This document shows positions 7,878 to 15,078 of a stretch of DNA of 35,816 bases, piece after piece. The notes under the pieces were generated by a model, which worked only from the letters and a program-made list of their open reading frames with translations, had not been told where the DNA came from and searched no databases. Every line of letters begins with the position of its first letter. Position 1 is the first letter of the stretch. Source of the DNA: a virus; the IMG/VR virus record IMGVR_UViG_3300045988_056669, positions 1-35,816 of that record. One strand, 5' to 3'. Both the position numbers and the translations under genes were made by a program.

Positions 7878-8292
7878 AGGTATTTACAGATTCACTAATT
7901 TAGGTACAGGTGAAGTCTTCGAAGGCACACGAGATGAGTACGCTGAACACTTGAAAATCAAAGAGAGAGCGCTAAACACCCGCATTCAAAACAGGCGCGT
8001 TGCTAGAGAGAAAATTGGTGAAATTAAAATCAAACAGAAGAAAAGAATTCAACGTTACACCAATTTAAAAACTGGGCAAGTATTCGAGGGATCACGAAAA
8101 GAAGCGTGTGAATTCTTTGGGATTAAAGATTGGAAGCTAGCGATAATGTTAAGAGAGCGTTCGATAATTAGTGAACCTATAGTTGATAATGAAATTCAAA
8201 AAGATATATCTGAATTGCCAAAACCAAAATCTAAAGAAGAAAAAATTAGACGTGAGTTATTCCGCATAGAATGTCGCTTAAAGTCTCTGTAA
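7861..8292 (+). CDS. hypothetical protein with two tandem copies of a roughly 40-aa module (NUMOD1-like DNA-binding repeat?)
   Basis: YRFTNLGTGEVFEGTRDEYAEHLKIKERAL aligns with QRYTNLKTGQVFEGSRKEACEFFGIKDWKL. Confidence 0.65.
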   Translation: MSNVSKGIYRFTNLGTGEVFEGTRDEYAEHLKIKERALNTRIQNRRVAREKIGEIKIKQKKRIQRYTNLKTGQVFEGSRKEACEFFGIKDWKLAIMLRERSIISEPIVDNEIQKDISELPKPKSKEEKIRRELFRIECRLKSL

Positions 8293-8477
8293 GCAAGTTA
8301 GAGGTCTGTGAGTATAATTATATTAAGAATGATTTAAAACGCAACAGAGAAGACGAGAGAGGGGTTATAATAGGTTTGAAAGAATTTTTAAAAGATTATC
8401 TGAAATGTCGTGAAGTTTTTGAAATTCTTATAAGGCTGTTGGAAGCTTTATTGATTGACGAAGAGCGAAATGCTTGA
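8271..8477 (+). CDS. hypothetical protein (68 aa). Weak call.
   Basis: ORF track only. No clear RBS. It overlaps the upstream gene by 22 nt. Confidence 0.35.
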   Translation: MSLKVSVSKLEVCEYNYIKNDLKRNREDERGVIIGLKEFLKDYLKCREVFEILIRLLEALLIDEERNA

Positions 8478-8615
8478 TGAATTAATTATATGAGGTTTAA
8501 AATTGATTTATTATCTATACGAAGGCCATTTAGGGAGTGCATACTTTGAACTCGAGATTGACAACTATTTAAATTTCTCTGATTGGCTTTCAAATCTATA
8601 GAGACATTAGTGTTG

Positions 8616-8846
8616 ATGCACAAATTCGGCTATGAAGTCGAGAAAGAAAAATTGTACACGGTTGAGATACCTGACCCAAATTCTTATGCATCCTACAGAT
8701 ATTTGAGTAGAAATGATAATGGTATATGTATTGATGCAAGCAACAACGCTAAATGGAAGCAAAAGAGCAAAAACCAATTCACCGAATCAGAAATCAAGAA
8801 AGATTTTGCTTGGGCATGGCAGTTTGCGAAAGAGGTGGAAGAATGA
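8616..8846 (+). CDS. hypothetical protein, resembling the C-terminal part of DUF1642-type phage proteins. Start uncertain (ORF open from 8583).
   Basis: The ...KNQFTESEIKKDFAWAWQFAKEVEE ending recalls small conserved proteins of Lactobacillales phages (from memory). A short ORF at 8503-8601 in another frame may be its displaced N-terminus. Confidence 0.55.
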   Translation: MHKFGYEVEKEKLYTVEIPDPNSYASYRYLSRNDNGICIDASNNAKWKQKSKNQFTESEIKKDFAWAWQFAKEVEE

Positions 8847-9052
8847 AAAACGAAGTTTTTGTGATTGGATTAATTGTCATGCTTGCAGCGTTTATGTGTA
8901 TTGCTGTTGGCTATGACATTGGTAAACGTGAAAGCAAGTCTGAAATGACAGAATTAAAAACAAAACTCAAGCAAGCTAAAGCAAAAATTAAGCTCTTGAA
9001 AGAAAATCAAGTGATTGTGTACTATGCTGACAGTTACGGCGGTAACCCATAA
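8843..9052 (+). CDS. small membrane protein with a coiled-coil tail (69 aa)
   Basis: AGAGGTGG RBS. ATGA overlap with the upstream gene. TM segment VFVIGLIVMLAAFMCIAVGY. The longer ORF-track version (from 8753) lacks an RBS. Confidence 0.65.
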   Translation: MKNEVFVIGLIVMLAAFMCIAVGYDIGKRESKSEMTELKTKLKQAKAKIKLLKENQVIVYYADSYGGNP

Positions 9053-9086
9053 CGGTATTCGACTGGTTCGACTCCAGTCATGGGTG
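9045..9086 (+). ncRNA. tRNA-like minihelix 1: acceptor-type stem plus T-arm, with no D or anticodon arm
   Basis: ACCCAT (9045-9050) pairs with ATGGGT (9080-9085). GACTGG (9061-9066) pairs with CCAGTC (9074-9079) around the loop TTCGACT. Together these make 12 stacked bp. A 10-nt linker replaces the D and anticodon arms. Confidence 0.55.
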
Positions 9087-9190
9087 TAGGCTAGAAAATA
9101 AAATTTAAAAAAGAAAGTAGGTTCAATGATGACTGTTTCTAGTCGGCAGTCTAGAACTCCTTTGGATTTTTTTAAAAAAACTCATTCGGT

Positions 9191-9233
9191 GTCTGCAATG
9201 GTTCTTGATGTGGTTCGATTCCAAATGCAGATA
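9191..9233 (+). ncRNA. tRNA-like minihelix 2: 7-bp acceptor-type stem plus T-arm, with no D or anticodon arm
   Basis: GTCTGCA (9191-9197) pairs with TGCAGAT (9226-9232). TGTGG (9209-9213) pairs with CCAAA (9221-9225), with one G/A mismatch, around the loop TTCGATT. The linker is 11 nt. Confidence 0.5.
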
Positions 9234-9532
9234 TACCCAGAATATTTTTACATAACAAAAGGAGGAATCTCCTTCTTACAAAATTAGTATATCTGCTGGT
9301 TAGTCTACTGGGTGGCTTGCTGGCAATATAGCGAAATAAAATAGAAAAGGAAACTCAATATAATTTTTAATCTAACGCAGTTATCGCTAGCTGTTATTCT
9401 GCAAGGCGTTGCTTTTCTTATGGATAACTCAATGTTTGGGTCGTGCGCCTGCCCAAAAAGAAAAAGCCCTGCACACGCAAAGGCTTTGTGGTATGAATTC
9501 GCTATCAATATTATACCACAAGGAGCTTGAAA

Positions 9533-9943
9533 ATGAGCAAGGCATCACAATTACTTGACGAACTACAAAACCTAGACGCAGACATTCAATGCAGAATTGA
9601 TGAAGTAAGCACGCTTGAAGCCGGATTATTATCTAGTCCCAAATGGTCTACTGACAAAATTAAAGGCGGGAAACCGACAAAAGTCGACGATGTATACGCA
9701 CAGCTTATTGTTTTAAAAGAGTCAATCGAACATGACACGAACGACATTATTAATCGCAAGCTTGAATTAAGTAGATTAATCAACAAGGTATCTAATCCAA
9801 AAGAGCGAGCTATTTTACGCATGACGTACATTCTAAAACAATACCCAGAGGAAATTATGGAGCATTTAGGAATCAGCCAATCAACTTATTATCGTCTGCG
9901 CAAGCATGCAACTGAAGAAATTGATATTTTTTTAGAGTCATGA
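9533..9943 (+). CDS. sigma-70 region-4-like / ArpU- or DUF1492-type phage late transcription regulator (136 aa)
   Basis: The C-terminus KERAILRMTYILKQYPEEIMEHLGISQSTYYRLRKHATEEI is a sigma-r4-type HTH. AAGGAG lies 7 nt before the ATG at 9533. Positioned just upstream of the packaging and structural genes. Confidence 0.8.
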   Translation: MSKASQLLDELQNLDADIQCRIDEVSTLEAGLLSSPKWSTDKIKGGKPTKVDDVYAQLIVLKESIEHDTNDIINRKLELSRLINKVSNPKERAILRMTYILKQYPEEIMEHLGISQSTYYRLRKHATEEIDIFLES

Positions 9944-9950
9944 CAAAAAA

Positions 9951-10006
9951 TGGGAATAAGTGGGAATAAATGGCATAAAAAAGGGGAATTTGGGCGTGCA
10001 TGGGGG
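9951..10006 (+). promoter_or_regulatory. Array of six 10-bp-phased TGGG-type boxes. Candidate activator binding site or late promoter region.
   Basis: TGGG at 9951, 9961, 9991 and 10001. TGGC at 9971 and GGGG at 9983. All fall on one face of the helix. Confidence 0.55.
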
Positions 10007-10047
10007 TTTTAATGTGTTATTATGGTATTATCAAATAATAAAGATAT

Positions 10048-10073
10048 GAGGTTCGAGACGAGCCTCTATTTTT
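10048..10073 (+). terminator. intrinsic terminator-like hairpin (8-bp stem, 3-nt loop) followed by TATTTTT
   Basis: GAGGTTCG-AGA-CGAGCCTC, then a T-run. Confidence 0.65.
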
Positions 10074-10089
10074 GTATATAATAACAACG

Positions 10090-10115
10090 AGCACCGATTG
10101 GTGCTTTTCTATTTT
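10090..10115 (+). terminator. second hairpin plus T-tract, immediately before the RBS of the next gene
   Basis: AGCACC-GATT-GGTGCT followed by TTTCTATTTT. GGAGG is at 10117-10121. Confidence 0.5.
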
Positions 10116-10124
10116 GGAGGGAAT

Positions 10125-10814
10125 ATGCAAATTGTCGAAAAGGAATTGACGTGGTTAAAACCATATGCGAATAATCCACGAGATAATGAAAGTGCAGTCG
10201 AACCAGTTGCAAATTCAATAAAAGAATTTGGGTTCAAAGTCCCAATCGTTGCAACGTCTGATGGTGAGATTATCAACGGACACACTCGTTTTAAAGCCTC
10301 TAAGTTGTTAGGACTCAAAAAAGTTCCAGTTATTATTTCAGATGATTTGACAGAAGAACAAATCAAAGCTTTTCGCTTAGCCGACAACAAAACTGGCGAG
10401 CTTGCAGATTGGAACGAAGAGCTACTTGCAAAAGAATTGGAAAAGCTTGATTTTAACTTAGAGCAATTCGGTTTTGAAAAGTTAGCAGATGAGTTCGACG
10501 AAGAAGATAACGAAGAAGACCCTTACACATCAAAGATAACTACACCAACATACGAGCCAACAGGCGAAGAAGTGTATCTACAAGACTTAGTGGACACCAC
10601 AAAGCGGGACGAATTGATTCGTAAAATTCAAACTGCTGATATCCCAAGCGATATCGAAGAATTTTTAAAGAATGCAGCTCAAAGACACTTACGTTTTAAT
10701 TATAGAAACATTGCTGAATATTATGCTAGCGCTCCAAAAGAAGTGCAAGAGCTTTTTGAAGACAGCGCACTGGTGATTATAGATTACAACAAAGCAATTG
10801 AAAACGGATATTGA
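10125..10814 (+). CDS. ParB/Srx N-terminal-domain protein (229 aa) with an uncharacterised C-terminal half
   Basis: LKPYANNPRDN...VANSIKEFGFKVPIV...IINGHTRFKASKLLGLKKVPVII...AFRLADNK is a ParB-like nuclease-domain signature. GGAGG RBS before the ATG at 10125 (the ORF-track start at 10098 lies inside a hairpin). Confidence 0.8.
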   Translation: MQIVEKELTWLKPYANNPRDNESAVEPVANSIKEFGFKVPIVATSDGEIINGHTRFKASKLLGLKKVPVIISDDLTEEQIKAFRLADNKTGELADWNEELLAKELEKLDFNLEQFGFEKLADEFDEEDNEEDPYTSKITTPTYEPTGEEVYLQDLVDTTKRDELIRKIQTADIPSDIEEFLKNAAQRHLRFNYRNIAEYYASAPKEVQELFEDSALVIIDYNKAIENGY

Positions 10815-10844
10815 AACTAACAGAAGCAATCGAGAGTATGATTT

Positions 10845-11717
10845 ATGATGATGACAAAATTTGATAAGTACAAAGATGATTTTGCTGTATTTATATTAAG
10901 CCACGGCAGACCTGATTCAGTGCATACTCTAAAAACAATGGAAAAAGGAAACTACACAGGTAAGTGGTATATCGTCATAGATAACGAAGACAAGCAAGCA
11001 GATGAGTATTACAAGAAGTACGGAAAAGAACATGTAAAAATGTTTGACAAATTGGCCATTTCCAAAACTTTTGATACTGCAGATTTGTCACAGGAAAGAC
11101 GAGCTATAGTATACGCTAGAAACGCTTGTTTCGATATAGCTAAAGAAATAGGCTTGAAATATTTCGTCGAGTTTGATGACGATTATACGTCGTTTGGTTT
11201 CAGATACCCTAAAGATGGGAAACTGGTTCAAAAATCATGTGATAATCTAGATGACGTATTCGCATTGATGCTTGATTTTTTAATAGATTCTAACGCTTTG
11301 ACAGTGTGTATGTCGCAAGGCGGAGACCACATCGGAGGACTCAACGGAAATTGGCGCAAGTCTTTGTTGCGAAAAGTCATGAATAGTTTCTTTTGCAGGA
11401 CAGATAGACCATTTCAATTTTTGGGTAGAGTAAACGAAGACGTAAATACTTATACTTATTTAGGAAGCCAAGGCCATTTGATGTTTACAGTGACAGATAT
11501 TATGCTTAATCAGTTGCAGACACAATCAAATGCTGGAGGCATGACAGATCTTTATTTAGATGGTGGAACTTATCTCAAATCTTTCTATACAGTACTTTTT
11601 ATGCCTAGTGCAGTAACCGTTCAACCGATGGGAACCGCTCATAAGCGTTTGCATCACAATGTTGATTGGGAATGCTGTGTGCCTAAGATATTATCAGAAG
11701 AATTAAAACAAACATAA
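10845..11717 (+). CDS. hypothetical protein, possibly a GT-A-fold glycosyltransferase-like enzyme (290 aa)
   Basis: N-terminal strand FAVFILSHGRPD. Acidic DxD-like motif YFVEFDDDY. The fold assignment is a motif impression only. Confidence 0.7.
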   Translation: MMMTKFDKYKDDFAVFILSHGRPDSVHTLKTMEKGNYTGKWYIVIDNEDKQADEYYKKYGKEHVKMFDKLAISKTFDTADLSQERRAIVYARNACFDIAKEIGLKYFVEFDDDYTSFGFRYPKDGKLVQKSCDNLDDVFALMLDFLIDSNALTVCMSQGGDHIGGLNGNWRKSLLRKVMNSFFCRTDRPFQFLGRVNEDVNTYTYLGSQGHLMFTVTDIMLNQLQTQSNAGGMTDLYLDGGTYLKSFYTVLFMPSAVTVQPMGTAHKRLHHNVDWECCVPKILSEELKQT

Positions 11718-11734
11718 TGAAAGGAGGAAAACCG

Positions 11735-12283
11735 ATGGCTCGTGGAAAATACAAGGAGTGGTTGACAGAAGACGGGCTGAAAAAAATACAATCGTGGTTT
11801 CGCGATGGACTTTCTGATGTTCAAGTCGCCAAAAATATGGGGATTTCAAAGACAACATTTTACGATTGGGTAAACAAGTATCCTGCCATCCCTGACGCCG
11901 TAAAAAAGGGAAAACAACCCGTTGACTTTGAAGTCGAAAACGCCCTTTTGAAACGAGCACTCGGCTATGAAATTGAAGAAACAAACACATTTATCACCAT
12001 AAATTCTAAAGGTGAAAAAATCCAAAGGGTTACAAAGACAAAAAAGCATATTGCCCCTGATACAACAGCCGCTATATTTTGGCTAAAAAACAGACAGCCT
12101 GACAAATGGAGAAAGATGAATCCAACATTTGAAGGTAAGACAGAAATCGAAATCAACAAGCTACAAGCCGAAATTAAGAAGTTGGAAGCTGAGACAGATA
12201 AAATTGAAAACCAATCAGACAAAGATGGAGCCACAGAAGCTATGCTCGCAGAATACTTTGAGGAGTTGAACAACATCAAATGA
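11735..12283 (+). CDS. terS: terminase small subunit
   Basis: N-terminal HTH (LSDVQVAKNMGISKTTFYDWV). ALLKRALGYE...PDTTAAIFWLKNRQPDKWR is typical of Gram-positive phage TerS. AAAGGAGG RBS. ATGA coupling to terL. Confidence 0.85.
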   Translation: MARGKYKEWLTEDGLKKIQSWFRDGLSDVQVAKNMGISKTTFYDWVNKYPAIPDAVKKGKQPVDFEVENALLKRALGYEIEETNTFITINSKGEKIQRVTKTKKHIAPDTTAAIFWLKNRQPDKWRKMNPTFEGKTEIEINKLQAEIKKLEAETDKIENQSDKDGATEAMLAEYFEELNNIK

Positions 12284-13527
12284 CACGAGGACAATTCACA
12301 GACAAACAGTTAGAAATTATAAAACGGAGCAATCGTGAAGATTGGTACATGATAATTAATCACGGAGCTGTGCGTGCTGGAAAAACCAAGCTAGATAACA
12401 CTCTTTTCCTGAAAGAGCTCATTAGAGTGAAACAAAATGCCTTAAAAGATGGAGTCGAAAGACCTATGTACATTTTGGGAGCTGTTTCGTCAGGTACGTT
12501 GCAAACAAACATATTACGTGAAATTTCTGACGATTATGGCCATGAGTTTAATTTTGATAGACATGGGAATTTTACGCTTTTTGGTGTTTATGTTGTTACG
12601 ACGTTCACAGGCTCCATAGCTGGGCTTAAGGCAATTCGTGGTATGACATCGTATGGTGCTTATGTCAACGAAGCAACGTTAGCAAATAAAGAGGTATTTG
12701 ACGAAATCATCAAGCGCTGCTCAGGTTATGGTGCAAGAATTATATGCGACACCAACCCTGACCACCCCAAGCATTGGTTAAAAGTCAATTATATTGATAA
12801 GGCTGACAACAAAAGGATTGTGGCCAACCATTTCACAATATTCGATAACTCATTTCTGAACAAACGCTATCTAGATAACATTATAAACGCCACACCTAGC
12901 GGAGTATTCACCGAACGTGGAATTTATGGGCGTTGGGTAATTGGTGAAGGTGCCGTATATCGAGATTTTAAGGAAGAAGCTTATATCTCAAGCGACGATG
13001 TGCCTTACGACAAAATCACTAAGTATTATGCTGGTGTCGACTGGGGTTACGAGCACTATGGCTCTATTGTTGTCCTTGGAAAGACACCAGACGGAGATGT
13101 CTATTTGATTGAAGAGCATGCCCAACAGTACAAAGAAATTGACTATTGGGTCAATATTGCACTAGGAATTAAAGCTAGATATGGCGACATTGTGTTTTAC
13201 TGTGATAGCGCTCGTCCTGAGCACGTAGCAAGATTTATGAACGAGAAGCTAAAAGCAATCAACGCCAACAAATCAGTTATTTCTGGCATTGAACAGGTTG
13301 CAAAGTTGATGAAGACCAACAAATTCTTCGTTGCATCTGACAAGGTATCTAAGTTCAAAGACGAGGTATACCAGTACGTATGGAACGAGCGAAGCGGAGA
13401 ACCAGAAAAGCATGACGATGACGTATTAGACGCTTTGCGCTATGCTATCTATTCGGAAGAAGTAATGAAGAGACAAAAAAACAACGGCAATCAGTTCGAT
13501 ACGCTTCGAGCTGGTTTTGGGTTGTAG
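12280..13527 (+). CDS. terL: terminase large subunit (Terminase_3/PBSX-like, headful type)
   Basis: Walker A-like HGAVRAGKT. Nuclease-half motifs (GVDWGYEH..., DDVLDALRYAIY). Position between terS and the portal gene. Confidence 0.92.
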   Translation: MTRGQFTDKQLEIIKRSNREDWYMIINHGAVRAGKTKLDNTLFLKELIRVKQNALKDGVERPMYILGAVSSGTLQTNILREISDDYGHEFNFDRHGNFTLFGVYVVTTFTGSIAGLKAIRGMTSYGAYVNEATLANKEVFDEIIKRCSGYGARIICDTNPDHPKHWLKVNYIDKADNKRIVANHFTIFDNSFLNKRYLDNIINATPSGVFTERGIYGRWVIGEGAVYRDFKEEAYISSDDVPYDKITKYYAGVDWGYEHYGSIVVLGKTPDGDVYLIEEHAQQYKEIDYWVNIALGIKARYGDIVFYCDSARPEHVARFMNEKLKAINANKSVISGIEQVAKLMKTNKFFVASDKVSKFKDEVYQYVWNERSGEPEKHDDDVLDALRYAIYSEEVMKRQKNNGNQFDTLRAGFGL

Positions 13528-13539
13528 AAAGGAATTTAA

Positions 13540-15078
13540 ATGGCTTATACAGAAACATTTGTCGATAGCACAGGTCAAACACATACATTAAAGCCTCGCT
13601 TTCATCGACAATCTAGAATGCGTTATCGAGCAGAGAGTTTAGAGGAATTGTTTGCAGATGATTTTAAACTTTTAAAACAATATATCAATCATCATCAAAC
13701 AGTACAACGTCCACGTATTCAAGAATTGCTTGACTATGCAGAGGGAAACAACCACACTATTCTAGAATCCGAACGACGCAAAGACCAAGACATGGCAGAC
13801 ACACGCGCCGTTCATAATTTTGGTGAATATATTGCTACATTCAAGCAAGGTTATCTAGTTGGGAATCCTATTCAAATTTCTTATGATGATGCAGGCAACG
13901 AAAGTGTTATCAGATTTTTAGATGAGATTTCAAAAAATAATAGTTTTCATCAATTAAACCGTTCACTTGTACTTGACTTATCTAAGACAGGTCGTGCCTA
14001 TGATTTAGTTTATCGTACGCAAGAAGACGAAACAAAAGCAGTAAAACTAGACCCGACATCGACTTTTGTTATTTATGACATGACCAAAGAAGAAAATAGC
14101 CTCGTCGGTGTTAGATATTATGACAAAAACCAATTCTCGAATAACCAAAAAATTATCGAGGTGTACACACCAGATGAAATCCTGATTATTGATTCATCTG
14201 AAGACTTTAAAATTATAGACGAAGCACCTCATTTTTTCGGAACGGTTCCATTAACTGAATATCTTAACAGCTCAAACGGTATAGGTGATTATGAGTCTGT
14301 GTTGTCTCTAATCGACTTGTATGATGCCTCACAGTCAGATACAGCCAATTATATGCAAGACTTGTCAGATGCAATTCTAGCCATTATAGGCCGTGTTAGT
14401 TTTCCAGCTGATTGTGATACAGCCGAGAAACAAATTGAGTTCATGCGTAAAATGCGCAAGGCTCGTTTGCTAAACTTAGAACCACCAGTTGATGCTAACG
14501 GCAATGAGGGTTCCGTCGATGCTAAATACTTATACAAGCAGTACGATGTTAACGGCACTGAAGCTTATAAGAATCGTGTTATTGATGACATTCATAAAAT
14601 CACAAACACGCCAGATTTAAGTGATGATAATTTTTCAGGAACACAATCTGGCGAAGCGATGAAGTGGAAAATTTTTGGCTTTGACCAGAAACGTGTCGAC
14701 ATGCAGGCACTTTTTGAAAAATCACTGAAACGCCGTTATAAATTGATTGCTCGAATTAGTGAGACTCTAAAAGAAATTCAAAACTTTGATTTGTCAAAAG
14801 TACGTGTAACATTCGTTCCTAATTTGCCAGCAGATGCCTCAAGCGTCGTTACAAATGCTAAAAGCTTGTACGGGGTCGTTAGCGATGAAACTGTGTACAG
14901 TATGCTGCAATCAGCGACTGGGGTTGATGCCCAAACGGAAATGGAACGAATTGAAAAACAACAACAAAATTCAAGCTTGCTGTCAATTCAATTAGAAAAA
15001 AATAGTCGCTTGTCTGACAAAGATTTGAATGAGGAAGACGAAAACAATGGTGAACAAGTACTGGAAGAAAAGGATTAG
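13540..15078 (+). CDS. portal protein (SPP1 gp6-like)
   Basis: Size of 512 aa, position after terL, and SPP1-type portal sequence character. Confidence 0.9.
   Translation: MAYTETFVDSTGQTHTLKPRFHRQSRMRYRAESLEELFADDFKLLKQYINHHQTVQRPRIQELLDYAEGNNHTILESERRKDQDMADTRAVHNFGEYIATFKQGYLVGNPIQISYDDAGNESVIRFLDEISKNNSFHQLNRSLVLDLSKTGRAYDLVYRTQEDETKAVKLDPTSTFVIYDMTKEENSLVGVRYYDKNQFSNNQKIIEVYTPDEILIIDSSEDFKIIDEAPHFFGTVPLTEYLNSSNGIGDYESVLSLIDLYDASQSDTANYMQDLSDAILAIIGRVSFPADCDTAEKQIEFMRKMRKARLLNLEPPVDANGNEGSVDAKYLYKQYDVNGTEAYKNRVIDDIHKITNTPDLSDDNFSGTQSGEAMKWKIFGFDQKRVDMQALFEKSLKRRYKLIARISETLKEIQNFDLSKVRVTFVPNLPADASSVVTNAKSLYGVVSDETVYSMLQSATGVDAQTEMERIEKQQQNSSLLSIQLEKNSRLSDKDLNEEDENNGEQVLEEKD

Noticed and set aside
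8713-8916. Alternative-frame + strand ORFs at 8713-8916, 15105-15290, 18961-19197, 20383-20640, 20685-20876, 23004-23261, 24752-25060, 25349-25624, 27347-27544, 29852-30037, 30581-30763 and 33285-33470
   Set aside because: They are embedded out of frame within recognisable genes (portal/minor head, connector, major tail protein, chaperone, TMP, Dit, Tal, endolysin). They have no RBS and no recognisable motifs.
9045-9233. Interpreting the tRNA-like pieces as an attP core for integration into host tRNA genes
   Set aside because: No integrase, excisionase or CI-type repressor is present anywhere in the genome. In addition, both elements carry the 5' acceptor strand next to the T-arm, which an attP-type 3' tRNA fragment would not need. 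A historical remnant cannot be fully excluded.
9305-9508. 67-aa minus-strand ORF in the non-coding island after the tRNA-like elements
   Set aside because: No Shine-Dalgarno sequence, an odd Cys/Phe-rich composition, and the opposite orientation to all other genes. Probably a chance ORF.
10048-10066. GGTTCGAG motif resembling a tRNA T-loop
   Set aside because: The motif forms the stem and loop of a simple 8-bp hairpin followed by a T-run, which is terminator geometry. No acceptor-type complementary strands flank it, unlike the elements at 9045 and 9191.
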